Source: an uncultured Candidatus Saccharibacteria bacterium
GTDB lineage: Bacteria; Patescibacteriota; Minisyncoccia; Phycocordibacterales; JACOZG01
Assembly: GCA_964399075.1 (NCBI GenBank)
Contig: CAYNPK010000002.1
Span: 20,418-84,417, forward strand
Reading direction: 5' to 3'
Length of the DNA: 64,000 nt
Positions 25,585 to 36,462 of the stretch are shown here, one piece after another. The position numbers were made by a program, and so were the translations under genes. Positions within the stretch are counted from its first letter, which is position 1. Each line of letters begins with the position of its first letter. The notes under the pieces were generated by a model, which was given only the letters and a program-made list of their open reading frames with translations, did no database searches and had not been told where the DNA came from.

Positions 25585-26136
25585 ATGTCTACTAGTAGAT
25601 CACTTAAGCCTGGTCGGGCCTTCGAGGATGAGGTGCTTGGCCCTTGGTCGCGACCACCAGAGCCACCGGCTCGGAGAAAGCCAAGGGGGAGGCGTCAAAA
25701 AGGCGGACTCTTTCGTTCCGATAACACCTCGCGATTGCCAGTTGGTTACTTGTCTTATGAAAAAGCTCTGATAGACGCAATGTCTCACGGTCAACTCTTG
25801 GGCACCAAGAAAGAGTGGCCCAAGGCTCCGATTGCTAAACAGATGTTCTGGTACGTTATTCGTTGTCTTCCTAGAGAAGATCAGGAGAAACTCCAGCTTT
25901 ATCGAACCATCGGAACTCCTCTTGATTTCTTTCACCGAACTGATGCCTTGTTCAGTCTCGAGGGTGCCGTGGCTAGGATAGACTTGTCTTTATGCCCGGA
26001 ACGCAAGACTGATCCAGAAGTCATTGTCATCTCTCCAGAGACAATTGCCGATCCTCGAGAACTGGCGCGCGCCATGGAGCGTGTAGCCAAGATCTTGAAG
26101 CCTCGGTTGCGAATCGTCAGGCGTCAGCGAAAGTGA
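25585..26136 (+). CDS. hypothetical protein (Arg/Pro-rich N-terminus, GC-elevated)
   Basis: 183-aa ORF. Confidence 0.35.
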   Translation: MSTSRSLKPGRAFEDEVLGPWSRPPEPPARRKPRGRRQKGGLFRSDNTSRLPVGYLSYEKALIDAMSHGQLLGTKKEWPKAPIAKQMFWYVIRCLPREDQEKLQLYRTIGTPLDFFHRTDALFSLEGAVARIDLSLCPERKTDPEVIVISPETIADPRELARAMERVAKILKPRLRIVRRQRK

Positions 26137-26218
26137 ATAGGAGAGTGAAGAGTGGATGTGATAGAAAGCCCCATCAAGACGGATCTGATGGGGCTTTAAT
26201 TTATTTTAGTATTTGCCT

Positions 26219-26425
26219 TTATTTAGTTTTAGAAAAATCCAAATGCTTATTGGCCTTAAGACACTTGGCGCAGATCTTAATTCGTCCACCGGTTGGCAGT
26301 GTCGCCCATTGGAGATTAGGACGCTTGGTGGTTTTGCCAATCGGGTTAAATTTGGTCGCGCGGATGCGATTGGAGTAACCGCCACCGACGCTGGATTTCT
26401 TTTCGCAAATTAGACAAGCTTTCAT
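26219..26425 (-). CDS. rpmB: 50S ribosomal protein L28
   Basis: MKACLICEKK...YSNRIRATKFNPIGKTTKRPNLQWATL...ICAKCLK matches the L28 pattern. Confidence 0.8.
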   Translation of the reverse strand: MKACLICEKKSSVGGGYSNRIRATKFNPIGKTTKRPNLQWATLPTGGRIKICAKCLKANKHLDFSKTK

Positions 26426-26434
26426 GTTTGATGG

Positions 26435-27079
26435 TTGAGATGGTATCATATTCTGGTAAATATGCAACCGGATTTATTATTTTTAATCCCGATTCTAATT
26501 ATGTCCGTGGTGATCCACGAGGTCTCTCATGGTTACGCGGCTAACTTCTTGGGTGATCCAACGGCCAAGTTGGCTGGTCGTCTAACTCTTAATCCACTCA
26601 AACATCTTGATCTGGTTGGCTCATTTCTGGTGCCTGTTTTCTTGGCGATTGTTGGCGGATTTATTATTGGTTGGGCTAAGCCGGTCCCGTTCAATCCTTA
26701 CAATCTCCGATCTGGTCGCTGGGGGCCAGCCTTGGTGGCCGGCGCTGGACCCTTATCAAATATTATTCTGGCTGTCTTTTTCGGTTTATTGTTGCGATTT
26801 GGTTTGGTGGGTAGTTTATTTTCTCCAGCTACTGCTAATTTGGTTCTGACTATTGTTACTATTAATATTATTTTGGCTTTATTTAACCTCCTGCCAGTTC
26901 CGCCACTTGATGGTTCTAAAATTTTATTTGCCCTCTTACCTCTTAAATTTAGAGAGGTTGAAGAGTGGATGAATCGTTATCAGCTTTTTCTGATTATTAT
27001 TGTCTTGTTTGTTGTACTCAACACTTCTATCTTGCTTCAGCTTGTCTCCGGGTTGACTCGCTTGTTGATTGGAATCTAG
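26435..27079 (+). CDS. M50-family site-2 metalloprotease-like membrane protein
   Basis: VIHEVSHGYAA HEXXH inside a TM helix and FNLLPVPPLDGSKI LDG motif. Confidence 0.7.
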   Translation: MRWYHILVNMQPDLLFLIPILIMSVVIHEVSHGYAANFLGDPTAKLAGRLTLNPLKHLDLVGSFLVPVFLAIVGGFIIGWAKPVPFNPYNLRSGRWGPALVAGAGPLSNIILAVFFGLLLRFGLVGSLFSPATANLVLTIVTINIILALFNLLPVPPLDGSKILFALLPLKFREVEEWMNRYQLFLIIIVLFVVLNTSILLQLVSGLTRLLIGI

Positions 27080-27137
27080 GTTGATCTTGCATTATTTCTC
27101 TACTCATAGTAAAGTAACGCTACTATAAATTTATTTT

Positions 27138-27548
27138 ATGGCGACTATCAATCAATTGGTAAAACGAGGGCGAAAACGAATTTATCGCAAACCCGAGGCG
27201 GTGGCTTTGGCCATGGGCTTTAACTCTATCCAAAATCGCCCTATCCATTATTCTTCGCCATTTAAGCGCGGTGTTTGTGTTCAAGTTAAGACCACAACGC
27301 CCAAGAAACCAAACTCAGCAGTGCGAAAAATTGCTCGAGTTCGATTAACTAACGGCCAAGAGGTGACAGCGTATATCCCGGGTATTGGCCATAAGTTGCA
27401 GGAACACTCGGTGGTGATGATCCGTGGCGGTCGGGTTAAGGACTTGCCTGGTGTCCGTTATCACATTGTGCGAGGTCGGTTAGATGCTGAAGGGGTCGAG
27501 AATCGTAAGCAAGCTCGTTCTAAGTATGGCGCCAAGAGGCCTAAATAA
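27138..27548 (+). CDS. rpsL: 30S ribosomal protein S12
   Basis: Conserved S12 sequence ([19 protein letters not shown]). Confidence 0.95.
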   Translation: MATINQLVKRGRKRIYRKPEAVALAMGFNSIQNRPIHYSSPFKRGVCVQVKTTTPKKPNSAVRKIARVRLTNGQEVTAYIPGIGHKLQEHSVVMIRGGRVKDLPGVRYHIVRGRLDAEGVENRKQARSKYGAKRPK

Positions 27549-27581
27549 AAAGTAAGTAAAAAGTAAAATATAATATAAAAA

Positions 27582-28067
27582 ATGAGACGAAAATTAAAAA
27601 ATAAACGAGCGCTCTTGCCTGATGATGTTTATCAGTCGGTTAAGGTGTCAAAGTTAATTAATTACGTGATGGAAAAAGGGCATAAAAATATTGCTCGCTC
27701 TATTGTTTATGGCGCTTTTGAAGATATTAAAAAAGAAGCAAAGAAGGAGCCCTTAGAAGTTTTTGAACAAGCGCTTCAGAATGTTGGTCCCCAGATGGAA
27801 ATTAAAACGAAACGAGTTGGTGGCGCTAACTATCAAATTCCTCACGAAGTTAGTCCCGAGCGACGCTTAACGCTATCTTTGCGTTGGTTAATTGAATTTA
27901 CTCGCGCGAAAAAGGGCAAACAAGCTAGCCAGCGTCTAGCTGATGAAATTTTGGCCGCTAGCAAGAACGAAGGCGAGGCGGTTAAGCGTCGCGAGAACGT
28001 TCATAAGATGGCGGAGGCTAACCGCGCTTTTGCTCACTTCGCTCGGACGGCCTCTCGGTCTAAATAA
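27582..28067 (+). CDS. rpsG: 30S ribosomal protein S7
   Basis: S7 pattern. Confidence 0.9.
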   Translation: MRRKLKNKRALLPDDVYQSVKVSKLINYVMEKGHKNIARSIVYGAFEDIKKEAKKEPLEVFEQALQNVGPQMEIKTKRVGGANYQIPHEVSPERRLTLSLRWLIEFTRAKKGKQASQRLADEILAASKNEGEAVKRRENVHKMAEANRAFAHFARTASRSK

Positions 28068-28073
28068 ATTTCT

Positions 28074-30212
28074 ATGGCTGATTATCCCCTGGAAAAAATC
28101 CGCAACTTTGGCGTTATCGCGCATATTGATGCTGGTAAAACAACCACTTCGGAGCGAATTCTTTTTTATACCGGTTTAAGTCACAAAATTAGCGAGGTTC
28201 ACGAGGGCGCGGCGGTAATGGACTGGATGGAGCAGGAGCGAGAGCGGGGAATTACTATCACCGCCGCTGCTACGACTGCTTTCTGGGTACCACTTGATGC
28301 TAAAGATAGAGAAGCGGAAAAAGTTAAATTAAATATTATTGATACGCCGGGGCACATCGATTTTACGATTGAAGTTAAGAGAAGTCTGCGTGTCCTTGAC
28401 GGAGCCGTTGTTGTCTTTGATGGCGTAGCTGGCGTGGAACCCCAATCAGAAACTAATTGGCGTTACGCTGATGATTATAAGGTGCCGAGAGTTTGCTTTA
28501 TCAATAAACTTGATCGCATTGGCGCCTCATTTGATAAATCCTATCAATCTATTATTGATCGACTATCGCCGAAGGCAGTTAAATTGCAAATTCCCGATGG
28601 TCACGAGGGTCAATTTAAGGGAATTGTTGATTTGTTGACGATGGAGTATGTCACTTTTGAAGGCGGCAAGGGAGAGAAAATAGTTAAGAATATTATTCCC
28701 GAAGGGCTTAAAGAAGTTGCCGAGAAGGCGCGCGCCGAGATGGTTGAGAAGATTGTTGAGCATGACGATGAGGCCATGGCTGATTATTTGGATGGCAAGG
28801 AGATTGGGATTCCTAAACTTCGTCAGATTATCCGTCAGGCAACGATTGCTAATAAAATTTTCCCGGTCTTGTGTGGCTCGGCCTTGAAGAATAAGGGCGC
28901 GCAATTGATGTTAGACGCTGTCGCTTATTATTTGCCCTCACCAGTTGATGTGCCAGCGCCTCTGGCAACTATCCAGAAAACTGGCGAACAAGTGGCGGTT
29001 GAGTCTAAAGATGAGGCTCCATTTGTGGCTCTGGCTTTTAAGACGGCCACTGATCCCTTTGTTGGCTCTCTGACCTTCTTCCGAGTGTATTCTGGCAAAT
29101 TAACTTCCGGATCTTACGTTCTTAATACTCGCAGTGGCAACCAAGAGAGAATCAGTCGGATTGTCCGTCTACACGCTAACGAGCGTCAGGAAATTAAAGA
29201 AATTTTTGCCGGCAACATTGCGGCTACCGTGGGTTTAAAGGACACTAAAACCGGTGACACTCTCTGTGACCCTGATCATCCAATGTTTCTGGAGGGGATT
29301 GATATTCCTGAACCGGTTATTTCTCTAAGAATTGAACCTAAGACTAAGGCTGATCAGGAGAAAATGGGTATGGCTCTTAAGAAGCTTTCTGACGAAGATC
29401 CAACCTTTTGTATCAAGAGTGACAATGAGACTGGAGAAACTATTATTTCCGGTATGGGAGAATTGCATCTGGAAGTCTTAGTTGATCGCATGAAGCGCGA
29501 ATTTAATGTTGAGGCTAATGTGGGTACTCCGCAAGTTGCCTATCGCGAGACCATTACTAAAGAAACTGAAATTGAAGGCAAGTATATTAAGCAATCTGGC
29601 GGTCGTGGTCAGTACGGTCATGTTCGTTTGCGCCTCAAGCCTTTAGAAGCTGTTGATCCGGAGGCCAAAGTACCAAAGAATGTGGTTCGAGAGTCTCATT
29701 TTGAATTTATCAATTCAATTAAGGGTGGAGTCGTTCCGCAAGAATATATTACGCCAATAGAGAAGGGGGTTAGAGAGGGAATGGAGCGCGGTGTCGTTGC
29801 CGGTTATCCGCTCGTTGATGTCTCTTGTGAACTCTATGATGGTTCTTATCACGAGGTTGACTCATCTGAGATGGCCTTTAAGATCGCTGGCTCTATGGCC
29901 TTGCAAGATGGCGCTAAGCGCGCTGGCCCGGTCATATTGGAGCCGATCATGAATGTGGAAGTGGTCGTGCCGGAGCAGTTTATGGGCGACGTTACTGGAT
30001 CTCTGTCTGGTAAGCGTGGTCAGATTGAGGCAATGGAAGATAGAGGTTTAGCTAAGGCGGTTCGCGCGCGAGTTCCCTTGTCTGAAATGTTTGGTTACAT
30101 GACCGCTTTGCGATCGATGACCGAGGGTCGAGGTACTTTCACCATGGAGTTTGATAAATACGAAATTGTGCCTCAAAATATCGCCCAAAAGATTGTTGAA
30201 GCTCGCAAGTAG
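28074..30212 (+). CDS. fusA: elongation factor G
   Basis: AHIDAGKTTTSERIL, DTPGHIDF. Confidence 0.95.
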   Translation: MADYPLEKIRNFGVIAHIDAGKTTTSERILFYTGLSHKISEVHEGAAVMDWMEQERERGITITAAATTAFWVPLDAKDREAEKVKLNIIDTPGHIDFTIEVKRSLRVLDGAVVVFDGVAGVEPQSETNWRYADDYKVPRVCFINKLDRIGASFDKSYQSIIDRLSPKAVKLQIPDGHEGQFKGIVDLLTMEYVTFEGGKGEKIVKNIIPEGLKEVAEKARAEMVEKIVEHDDEAMADYLDGKEIGIPKLRQIIRQATIANKIFPVLCGSALKNKGAQLMLDAVAYYLPSPVDVPAPLATIQKTGEQVAVESKDEAPFVALAFKTATDPFVGSLTFFRVYSGKLTSGSYVLNTRSGNQERISRIVRLHANERQEIKEIFAGNIAATVGLKDTKTGDTLCDPDHPMFLEGIDIPEPVISLRIEPKTKADQEKMGMALKKLSDEDPTFCIKSDNETGETIISGMGELHLEVLVDRMKREFNVEANVGTPQVAYRETITKETEIEGKYIKQSGGRGQYGHVRLRLKPLEAVDPEAKVPKNVVRESHFEFINSIKGGVVPQEYITPIEKGVREGMERGVVAGYPLVDVSCELYDGSYHEVDSSEMAFKIAGSMALQDGAKRAGPVILEPIMNVEVVVPEQFMGDVTGSLSGKRGQIEAMEDRGLAKAVRARVPLSEMFGYMTALRSMTEGRGTFTMEFDKYEIVPQNIAQKIVEARK

Positions 30213-30338
30213 TCTGACTGTCCGGCCAACTTGACTTCTTGTTAGCCTCTGCTAGGATAAGGTGACGCCAGAAAGCGCTGTTTTATTATTGCGAATGGTT
30301 TATTATAAAAAGTAGTTATTAATAATTAAATAATTATC

Positions 30339-31541
30339 ATGGCAGATAAATTTGATCGTACCAAGCCACACGTTAACGTTGGAACTATTGGCCACGTTGA
30401 CCACGGCAAAACCACTTTGACCGCCGCTATTCTTCATGTTCTTGATTTGAACAAGGACAAGGGTTATGGCGCCCGGGTGGAAAGTTTAGATAACATTGAC
30501 AATGCTCCAGAAGAGAGAGCTCGTGGTGTTACTATTGCCTTACACCACTCTGAATATTGGACTCCTAGTCGTCACTATGCCCACATCGACGCTCCGGGTC
30601 ACGCTGACTACATTAAGAACATGATTACTGGTGCGGCTCAAATGGACGGAGCGGTAATCGTAGTAGCCGCCACCGATGGGGTGATGCCCCAGACTCGTGA
30701 GCACATCCTCTTGGCTCGTCAAGTTGGTGTACCTAAGATTGTGGTGTTTATCAACAAGGTTGACATGGTTGACGAACCGGAGTTGGTGGAATTGGTTGAA
30801 GCCGAGGTTCGTGAGCTCTTAACTGCTCAGAAGTACGATGGTGAGAACGCTCCGGTTATTCGTGGCTCCGGCCTGAAGGCCTTGGAGGCTAAGAGTGCTG
30901 ATGATGAATGGGCGATGAAGGTGCTGGAATTAATTACCGCCCTGGATAATTATATTACCGAACCATCTCGTGAAGTTGATAAGCCATTTCTCATGCCAGT
31001 AGAAGATATTTTCACTATTGAAGGTCGTGGCACAGTGGTAACTGGTAGAATTGAACGTGGAAAGGTTAAGGTTGGTGAAGAAGTGGAGATCGTGGGGATT
31101 AATCCAACTACTAAGACAACAGTCACCGGAATTGAGATGTTCAACAAATCTCTTGATGAGGGTTTGGCTGGTGATAACGCCGGTATTCTCTTGCGAGGAA
31201 CCAAAAAGGAAGACATTACTCGTGGTCAAGTGATTGCTAAAACAACTTCGGTTACTCCTCACACAGACTTTGAGTCAGAGGTTTATATCTTGAAGAAGGA
31301 GGAGGGCGGTCGACATACTCCTTTCCTCTCCGGTTACAAACCACAGTTCTATATTCGCACTACTGATGTTACCGGTGAAGTTACTTTGCCAGATGCTTCG
31401 AAAATGGTAATGCCTGGCGATACGGTTACCTTCAAGGTTAAGTTAGTGGCACCGGTAGCCTTGGAAGAAAAACAGCGTTTCGCCATTCGTGAAGGTGGCA
31501 AAACTGTTGGCGCCGGTGTGGTCACTAAGATTATTGCTTAA
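30339..31541 (+). CDS. tuf: elongation factor Tu
   Basis: [22 protein letters not shown]. Confidence 0.95.
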   Translation: MADKFDRTKPHVNVGTIGHVDHGKTTLTAAILHVLDLNKDKGYGARVESLDNIDNAPEERARGVTIALHHSEYWTPSRHYAHIDAPGHADYIKNMITGAAQMDGAVIVVAATDGVMPQTREHILLARQVGVPKIVVFINKVDMVDEPELVELVEAEVRELLTAQKYDGENAPVIRGSGLKALEAKSADDEWAMKVLELITALDNYITEPSREVDKPFLMPVEDIFTIEGRGTVVTGRIERGKVKVGEEVEIVGINPTTKTTVTGIEMFNKSLDEGLAGDNAGILLRGTKKEDITRGQVIAKTTSVTPHTDFESEVYILKKEEGGRHTPFLSGYKPQFYIRTTDVTGEVTLPDASKMVMPGDTVTFKVKLVAPVALEEKQRFAIREGGKTVGAGVVTKIIA

Positions 31542-31559
31542 AAATTTCCCTGTTGTTTT

Positions 31560-31940
31560 ATGGCCACTACTGAAGCTAAAACCAAAAAGACTAGCGCCAA
31601 ATCGATGAAAGATTCTACGGTTGTTAGTGGCGATATTCAGAAGGTGCGTATCCATGTCTCGGCTTACGAGAACAAAATTTTAGACGCTAGCGTCAAACAA
31701 ATTGTGGATACGGCGCTTCGATACGAAGCCAAGGTTCAGGGGCCGGTGCCACTGCCAACGGAGATAAAAAAATATACTGTCAATCGTGGCGCCTTCGTGC
31801 ATAAGAATGCCCGGGAGCAGTTCGAGATGCGAGTACACAAGCGCTTGGTCGATATTCTAAATCCTAGCCCTAAGCTAATTGAAAATTTAACTAACTTAAC
31901 TTTGCCTTCTGGCGTCAACGTTGACGTCAAAATGCTCTAA
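31560..31940 (+). CDS. rpsJ: 30S ribosomal protein S10 (N-terminal extension, or start at 31605)
   Basis: QKVRIHVSAYENKILDAS S10 core. Confidence 0.85.
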   Translation: MATTEAKTKKTSAKSMKDSTVVSGDIQKVRIHVSAYENKILDASVKQIVDTALRYEAKVQGPVPLPTEIKKYTVNRGAFVHKNAREQFEMRVHKRLVDILNPSPKLIENLTNLTLPSGVNVDVKML

Positions 31941-31973
31941 GTTTTAAGTTTAGTTTGTTGTCAGTCTTATATT

Positions 31974-32522
31974 ATGAAATTCTTACTTGGCACTAAAGAA
32001 GCCATGACTCAAGTTTTTGATGATCGCGGAACCGTTCAAGCGGTGACGGTTATTAAGGCTGGCCCGATTAATGTAACTCAACAAAAAACTATTGAGCGTG
32101 ATGGCTATCAAGCGACCCAAGTTGGCTACGGCCGAATTCATAAGGAATTCCCGATGGCTGAACATCAAATTAGTGATGAGATAAAAGTTGGAGTCTTCAG
32201 TGAGGGCGAAGTGGTAACAGTTAGCGGGATATCCAAGGGTAAGGGTTTTCAGGGTGTGGTTAAGCGTCACCGTTTTGCTGGTGGTCCTAGGACTCACGGA
32301 CAAAAGCATTCTGAACGTGAGCCCGGTTCGATCGGTGGCGGTTTACGCAATCGCGTTCCTAAAGGTATGCGCATGGCCGGGCGGATGGGCAATGATAGAG
32401 TTACTGTCAAAAATTTACGCGTGGTTAAAATTGATGAGGAGAATAATCGCTTGTATATCCAAGGCGCCGTGCCGGGGAGACGAGGAACTCTTCTGGAGAT
32501 AAAAAGTCAAGATGAAAGCTAA
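31974..32522 (+). CDS. rplC: 50S ribosomal protein L3
   Basis: L3 pattern. Confidence 0.9.
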   Translation: MKFLLGTKEAMTQVFDDRGTVQAVTVIKAGPINVTQQKTIERDGYQATQVGYGRIHKEFPMAEHQISDEIKVGVFSEGEVVTVSGISKGKGFQGVVKRHRFAGGPRTHGQKHSEREPGSIGGGLRNRVPKGMRMAGRMGNDRVTVKNLRVVKIDEENNRLYIQGAVPGRRGTLLEIKSQDES

Positions 32523-33174
32523 AACTTACAATCAAGAAGGGAAAGAGGTTGGGACTATTAATTTGCCTAAAGAAATTTTTGGCCTGCCTTGGAATGCCGA
32601 TTTGGTTCATCAGGTTATTGTCTCCATGCGCTCCAACCAACGTCACAACACCGCTCACGCTAAGGGTCGTGGCGTCGTTAGTGGTGGTGGCCGGAAGCCG
32701 TGGAAGCAGAAAGGTACCGGACGATCTCGTCATGGTTCCTCCCGGTCGCCAATCTGGTCGGGTGGTGGTGTAACTCATGGTCCGACTGTTGAACGCGTGT
32801 ATGATAAGAAGATTAATAAGAAAATGAAGACTAAAGCCCTCTTGACTATTTTGTCGCAGAAATATCGTGATAATGAATTAGTTTTACTTGATGGTCTTAA
32901 GTTTCCGGCGATTAAGACTAAAGAAGCTCAAGCAATGATTAAGCATCTGTCTAAGGTTGAAGGTTTGAGTAAAATTAATTATAAAAAGGGCCGACGAGCA
33001 CTCATTGCTTTCCCGACTCGCGACGACAATGCTCTAAAGAGTTTCCGCAATTTATCAAGTGTGTCTTTGATTGATACCCAAGATTTAGATCCGGTAAGCG
33101 CTCTAACTTATCAGTATTTGTTAATTACTAATCCGGAAAAAAGTCTCGCGCTTTTGACGAGTCGGTTAAAATAA
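32512..33174 (+). CDS. rplD: 50S ribosomal protein L4
   Basis: L4 pattern. Confidence 0.9.
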   Translation: MKAKTYNQEGKEVGTINLPKEIFGLPWNADLVHQVIVSMRSNQRHNTAHAKGRGVVSGGGRKPWKQKGTGRSRHGSSRSPIWSGGGVTHGPTVERVYDKKINKKMKTKALLTILSQKYRDNELVLLDGLKFPAIKTKEAQAMIKHLSKVEGLSKINYKKGRRALIAFPTRDDNALKSFRNLSSVSLIDTQDLDPVSALTYQYLLITNPEKSLALLTSRLK

Positions 33175-33189
33175 TATAACAATACAACA

Positions 33190-33489
33190 ATGGCTACAAC
33201 TACTGCCCAAACTACTAATAGCGTTATCAAACAACCTCACGTTACTGAGCGAACCACGGCGTTTTCTATGGACAATGATCATCCAGTTTACACTTTCGTG
33301 ATTGATAAACGAGTCAACCGACTAGCAGTTAAATCTGCAGTCAAAGAGCTTTATGGGGTTACACCGATTCGCGTTAACATCGTTAATAGCCCAATTAAAC
33401 CAATGTTTCGCAAGGGTATTCTCGGTCATAAGGCCGGTTTTAAAAAAGCGATGGTTTATTTAAAGAAGGGCGACAAAATTAATTTATGA
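33190..33489 (+). CDS. rplW: 50S ribosomal protein L23
   Basis: L23 pattern. Confidence 0.85.
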   Translation: MATTTAQTTNSVIKQPHVTERTTAFSMDNDHPVYTFVIDKRVNRLAVKSAVKELYGVTPIRVNIVNSPIKPMFRKGILGHKAGFKKAMVYLKKGDKINL

Positions 33490-34331
33490 AAAGTCATCGA
33501 CCAACTAGTCCGGGCCGTCGTCAAACCGTTACGATTAATTATCGGAAAGTGTTAACAGCGACTAAGCCGGCCAAAGCTTTAACTCAAGGTTTCCGACGCG
33601 CTGTCGGCCACAATAATGTTGGTCGGATAACTGTTCGCCATAAGGGTGGTGGTCATAAGCGTCTCTATCGTGAGATTGATTTTCTTTATGATAAAAAAGA
33701 TATTTCCGCGCGCGTGGAAACGATTGAATACGATCCTAATCGAAGCGGTTTTATCGGTTTGGTTTGTTATCAGGATGGAGATCGTCGCTACACTCTTTTG
33801 CCGGCCGGCTTGAAGGTTGGCGACTCTCTTATTGTTTCCGCTCAAGCTGAATTAAAAACCGGTAATCGCTTGCCTCTTAATAAGATTCCCGTTGGTACTT
33901 TTGTTTATAATATTGAAAATCAGCCAAATGGTGGCGCCAAGCTTGTCCGTTCGGCTGGCAGTTTCGCTCAAGTTTTGTCCCACGATGCCGGTTACGCTAA
34001 TTTGAAATTGCCCTCAACGGAAGTTCGTCGAATTAGTGATCAAGCTTGGGCCTCTATTGGCGCCGTTTCTAACGATGAACGTAAGTTGGTAAGTTTAGGC
34101 AAGGCCGGCCGATCGCGTTGGTTGGGCACTCGGCCGACTGTTCGTGGTACTGCTAAAAATCCAGTTGACCACCCTCATGGCGGTGGCGAGGGTTGTCAGG
34201 GCATAGGTTTGCGCCGTGGTCCTAAGACCTCTTGGGGTAAATTAGCTTACGGAGTTAAAACCAGGCGCAAAAAGAAATATTCGCGTAATTTAATTGTTAG
34301 TCGTCGACAGAAACGCTTAAGAAAGAAATAA
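33486..34331 (+). CDS. rplB: 50S ribosomal protein L2
   Basis: GGGHKRLYR and HPHGGGEG. Confidence 0.95.
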   Translation: MKSHRPTSPGRRQTVTINYRKVLTATKPAKALTQGFRRAVGHNNVGRITVRHKGGGHKRLYREIDFLYDKKDISARVETIEYDPNRSGFIGLVCYQDGDRRYTLLPAGLKVGDSLIVSAQAELKTGNRLPLNKIPVGTFVYNIENQPNGGAKLVRSAGSFAQVLSHDAGYANLKLPSTEVRRISDQAWASIGAVSNDERKLVSLGKAGRSRWLGTRPTVRGTAKNPVDHPHGGGEGCQGIGLRRGPKTSWGKLAYGVKTRRKKKYSRNLIVSRRQKRLRKK

Positions 34332-34336
34332 ATTTT

Positions 34337-35014
34337 ATGAAATCAGGTCTACTTTTGAGTTTAATTTGTGGATTGTTGTTTGCTCAAATGGCAATAGCGA
34401 CAGTTGTTCCATTGCCTATTGAAATCGAAATCAATGAGACTAATGAAGAGATCGTCAGTAGTGATAATTACCAATTACCTAGAAGTTGGTTCTTGCTTAA
34501 AAAACATCAGGGGGTTGGTGATTTGGCAATTATTTCAGACGGTTCTGATTCTATTGTTGAACCACGTGCTGGTGGTTTAGCTAGAATCATTACTACCCCT
34601 TTTGATGAATCTTGGGTTGCTGAAGGAGCGTCTATTGTGGCGGTTTCTTCCCTAGATGCCGGAGTTACCACAGCCGTTGTTACTCCCGATCCCAAAGACA
34701 ATAGTTTGGAACTCAATTTTGAACCACCGCTCGCTAGTGGGGCTTGTTACAGTCTTAATTTAGTGATTAATAATCCCGATAATACTATTGACTCAGTTTC
34801 TACTCCCTTGGCGCCAATTAAAGTCTTGTCTGGTGATGTGGATAGTAACGGAGTTGTTGATAATCAAGACATTCGATTGATCAGAGAACACCTCGATCAA
34901 TTTGTTGATTCGGCTACCGCCAAATATGATCTCACTGGTAATGGCAAAATTAATTTTGCTGACCGCTGGTTTGCCCTTTTCCGAGTAGGGGATAAAGTTA
35001 GTGCTTGCAATTGA
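34337..35014 (+). CDS. secreted protein with C-terminal dockerin-type Ca-binding repeats, inserted between rplB and rpsS
   Basis: Signal peptide MKSGLLLSLICGLLFAQMAIA. Dockerin-like repeats GDVDSNGVVDNQDIRLIREHL and YDLTGNGKINFAD. Starts 5 nt after the rplB stop. Confidence 0.55.
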   Translation: MKSGLLLSLICGLLFAQMAIATVVPLPIEIEINETNEEIVSSDNYQLPRSWFLLKKHQGVGDLAIISDGSDSIVEPRAGGLARIITTPFDESWVAEGASIVAVSSLDAGVTTAVVTPDPKDNSLELNFEPPLASGACYSLNLVINNPDNTIDSVSTPLAPIKVLSGDVDSNGVVDNQDIRLIREHLDQFVDSATAKYDLTGNGKINFADRWFALFRVGDKVSACN

Positions 35015-35079
35015 CATCTTTGTTGGTTTTGTTAATATGAGTAACAATCTGCTTAGGTTGGGTAGATTGGGTTTTATTT

Positions 35080-35442
35080 ATGTCTCGCTCACTTACTAAG
35101 GGGCTTTACGTTGACCCCAAATTATTGAAGAAGATCGCTGGGAAGAAACCCGGCGGTGTTGAGGTGATTAAAACTTGGTCTAGGGCTTCAACTATCAGTC
35201 CAGAAATGGTTGGTTTTCGTTTCGGTGTTCACAATGGTCGTAGTCATGTCGAAGTTTTAGCCACAGAAGACATGGTCGGTCATAAGTTGGGAGAATTCTC
35301 TCCAACTCGTAAATTTATCAGACACGGAGGCAAGGTTCAGAAAGAACTTGAACAAAAGCGCAAAGAGGCCGAAATTACCGCCGCCAAGGCCGCTTCTTCT
35401 CAGGGAACTACCGCCGGAGCCAAGACTGTTGGTAAAAAATAA
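35080..35442 (+). CDS. rpsS: 30S ribosomal protein S19 with Lys/Ala-rich C-terminal extension
   Basis: S19 core plus a ~30-aa tail [22 protein letters not shown]... Confidence 0.9.
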   Translation: MSRSLTKGLYVDPKLLKKIAGKKPGGVEVIKTWSRASTISPEMVGFRFGVHNGRSHVEVLATEDMVGHKLGEFSPTRKFIRHGGKVQKELEQKRKEAEITAAKAASSQGTTAGAKTVGKK

Positions 35443-35450
35443 ATAAAACC

Positions 35451-35810
35451 ATGCAAGCCTCTCTTTCTAATCTTCGAATTTCACCTCGCAAAGTGCGTCT
35501 GGTTGCCAATTTAGTCAAAGGCCGAACAGTTAAAGAAGCCTTGTCTAATCTTAATTGTTTAGTCAAACGATCTAGTCAGCCAATTGCTAAGTTGATTAAT
35601 TCAGCTGTGGCTAATGCTCTTACTAATGCTAATAGCAATAATAGTCGAACTAAAATCGATAAAGACAGTTTGGTTATTAAGGAATTGCGCGTTGATAAGG
35701 GCCAGGTTCTTAAGCGTCAAATGCCTCGAGCCTTCGGTCGAGCTTCGCGAATTAATAAGCGTGGTAGTCGGGTAGAAGTTGTGTTAGAAAACAAAACCCA
35801 TGAGTCATAA
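35451..35810 (+). CDS. rplV: 50S ribosomal protein L22
   Basis: L22 pattern. Confidence 0.85.
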   Translation: MQASLSNLRISPRKVRLVANLVKGRTVKEALSNLNCLVKRSSQPIAKLINSAVANALTNANSNNSRTKIDKDSLVIKELRVDKGQVLKRQMPRAFGRASRINKRGSRVEVVLENKTHES

Positions 35811-36450
35811 AGTCCACCCCTATTCTCATCGTCTCGGCATTATTCGCGATTGGCAATCGCGCTGGTTTGGTCGTCGAGGGCATTATCAGAAATTTTTGAA
35901 GGCGGATGTTCTGGTTCGTGAATATTTAGAGAAACGCTTGCGAGGCTTTTATGTTGACGCTATTGACATCGAGCGTGGAGAGAATAGTTTGAGAGTAATT
36001 ATTAAATCTTCTCGTCCCGGGATGGTCATTGGTCGAAGTGGCGAGGGTTCTAATCGTCTAAAGCAAGATATCCTTAAGCTTTTGTCTAAAATTGATGCCG
36101 ATGTCCCCAAGGAATTCCGGCTTGATATTGAGGAGGTTAAGAATCCGGAGTCTCATGCCAAAATTGTTGCCCAGATGATTGCGGAGAGTTTAGAGCGACG
36201 TCTAGCTTTTAAGCGAGTGGTGAAGCAGGCCATGGATAAAGTTATGGCAGTGCGCGGTGTCTTGGGAGTTAAGGTGGCTTTGGGTGGACGCTTAGGTGGC
36301 GCTGATATGGGTCGAGCGGAGAGTTACAAACGTGGTCGTTTGCCACTTCAGACACTACGCGCTGACGTTGACTTTGCTAGAGAGAAAGCCTATCTTTCTT
36401 ACGGAGTCATTGGTATTAAGGTCTGGATTTATCGAGGCGATATTTTTTAA
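35800..36450 (+). CDS. rpsC: 30S ribosomal protein S3
   Basis: KVHPYSHRLGIIRDW. Confidence 0.9.
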   Translation: MSHKVHPYSHRLGIIRDWQSRWFGRRGHYQKFLKADVLVREYLEKRLRGFYVDAIDIERGENSLRVIIKSSRPGMVIGRSGEGSNRLKQDILKLLSKIDADVPKEFRLDIEEVKNPESHAKIVAQMIAESLERRLAFKRVVKQAMDKVMAVRGVLGVKVALGGRLGGADMGRAESYKRGRLPLQTLRADVDFAREKAYLSYGVIGIKVWIYRGDIF

Positions 36451-36462
36451 ATTTATTTCACC

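Noticed and set aside
30540-31262. Antisense ORFs inside tuf (30540..30722, 30930..31262, 30950..31216, 31051..31233)
   Set aside because: They are embedded in a highly conserved EF-Tu coding sequence and are typical shadow ORFs.
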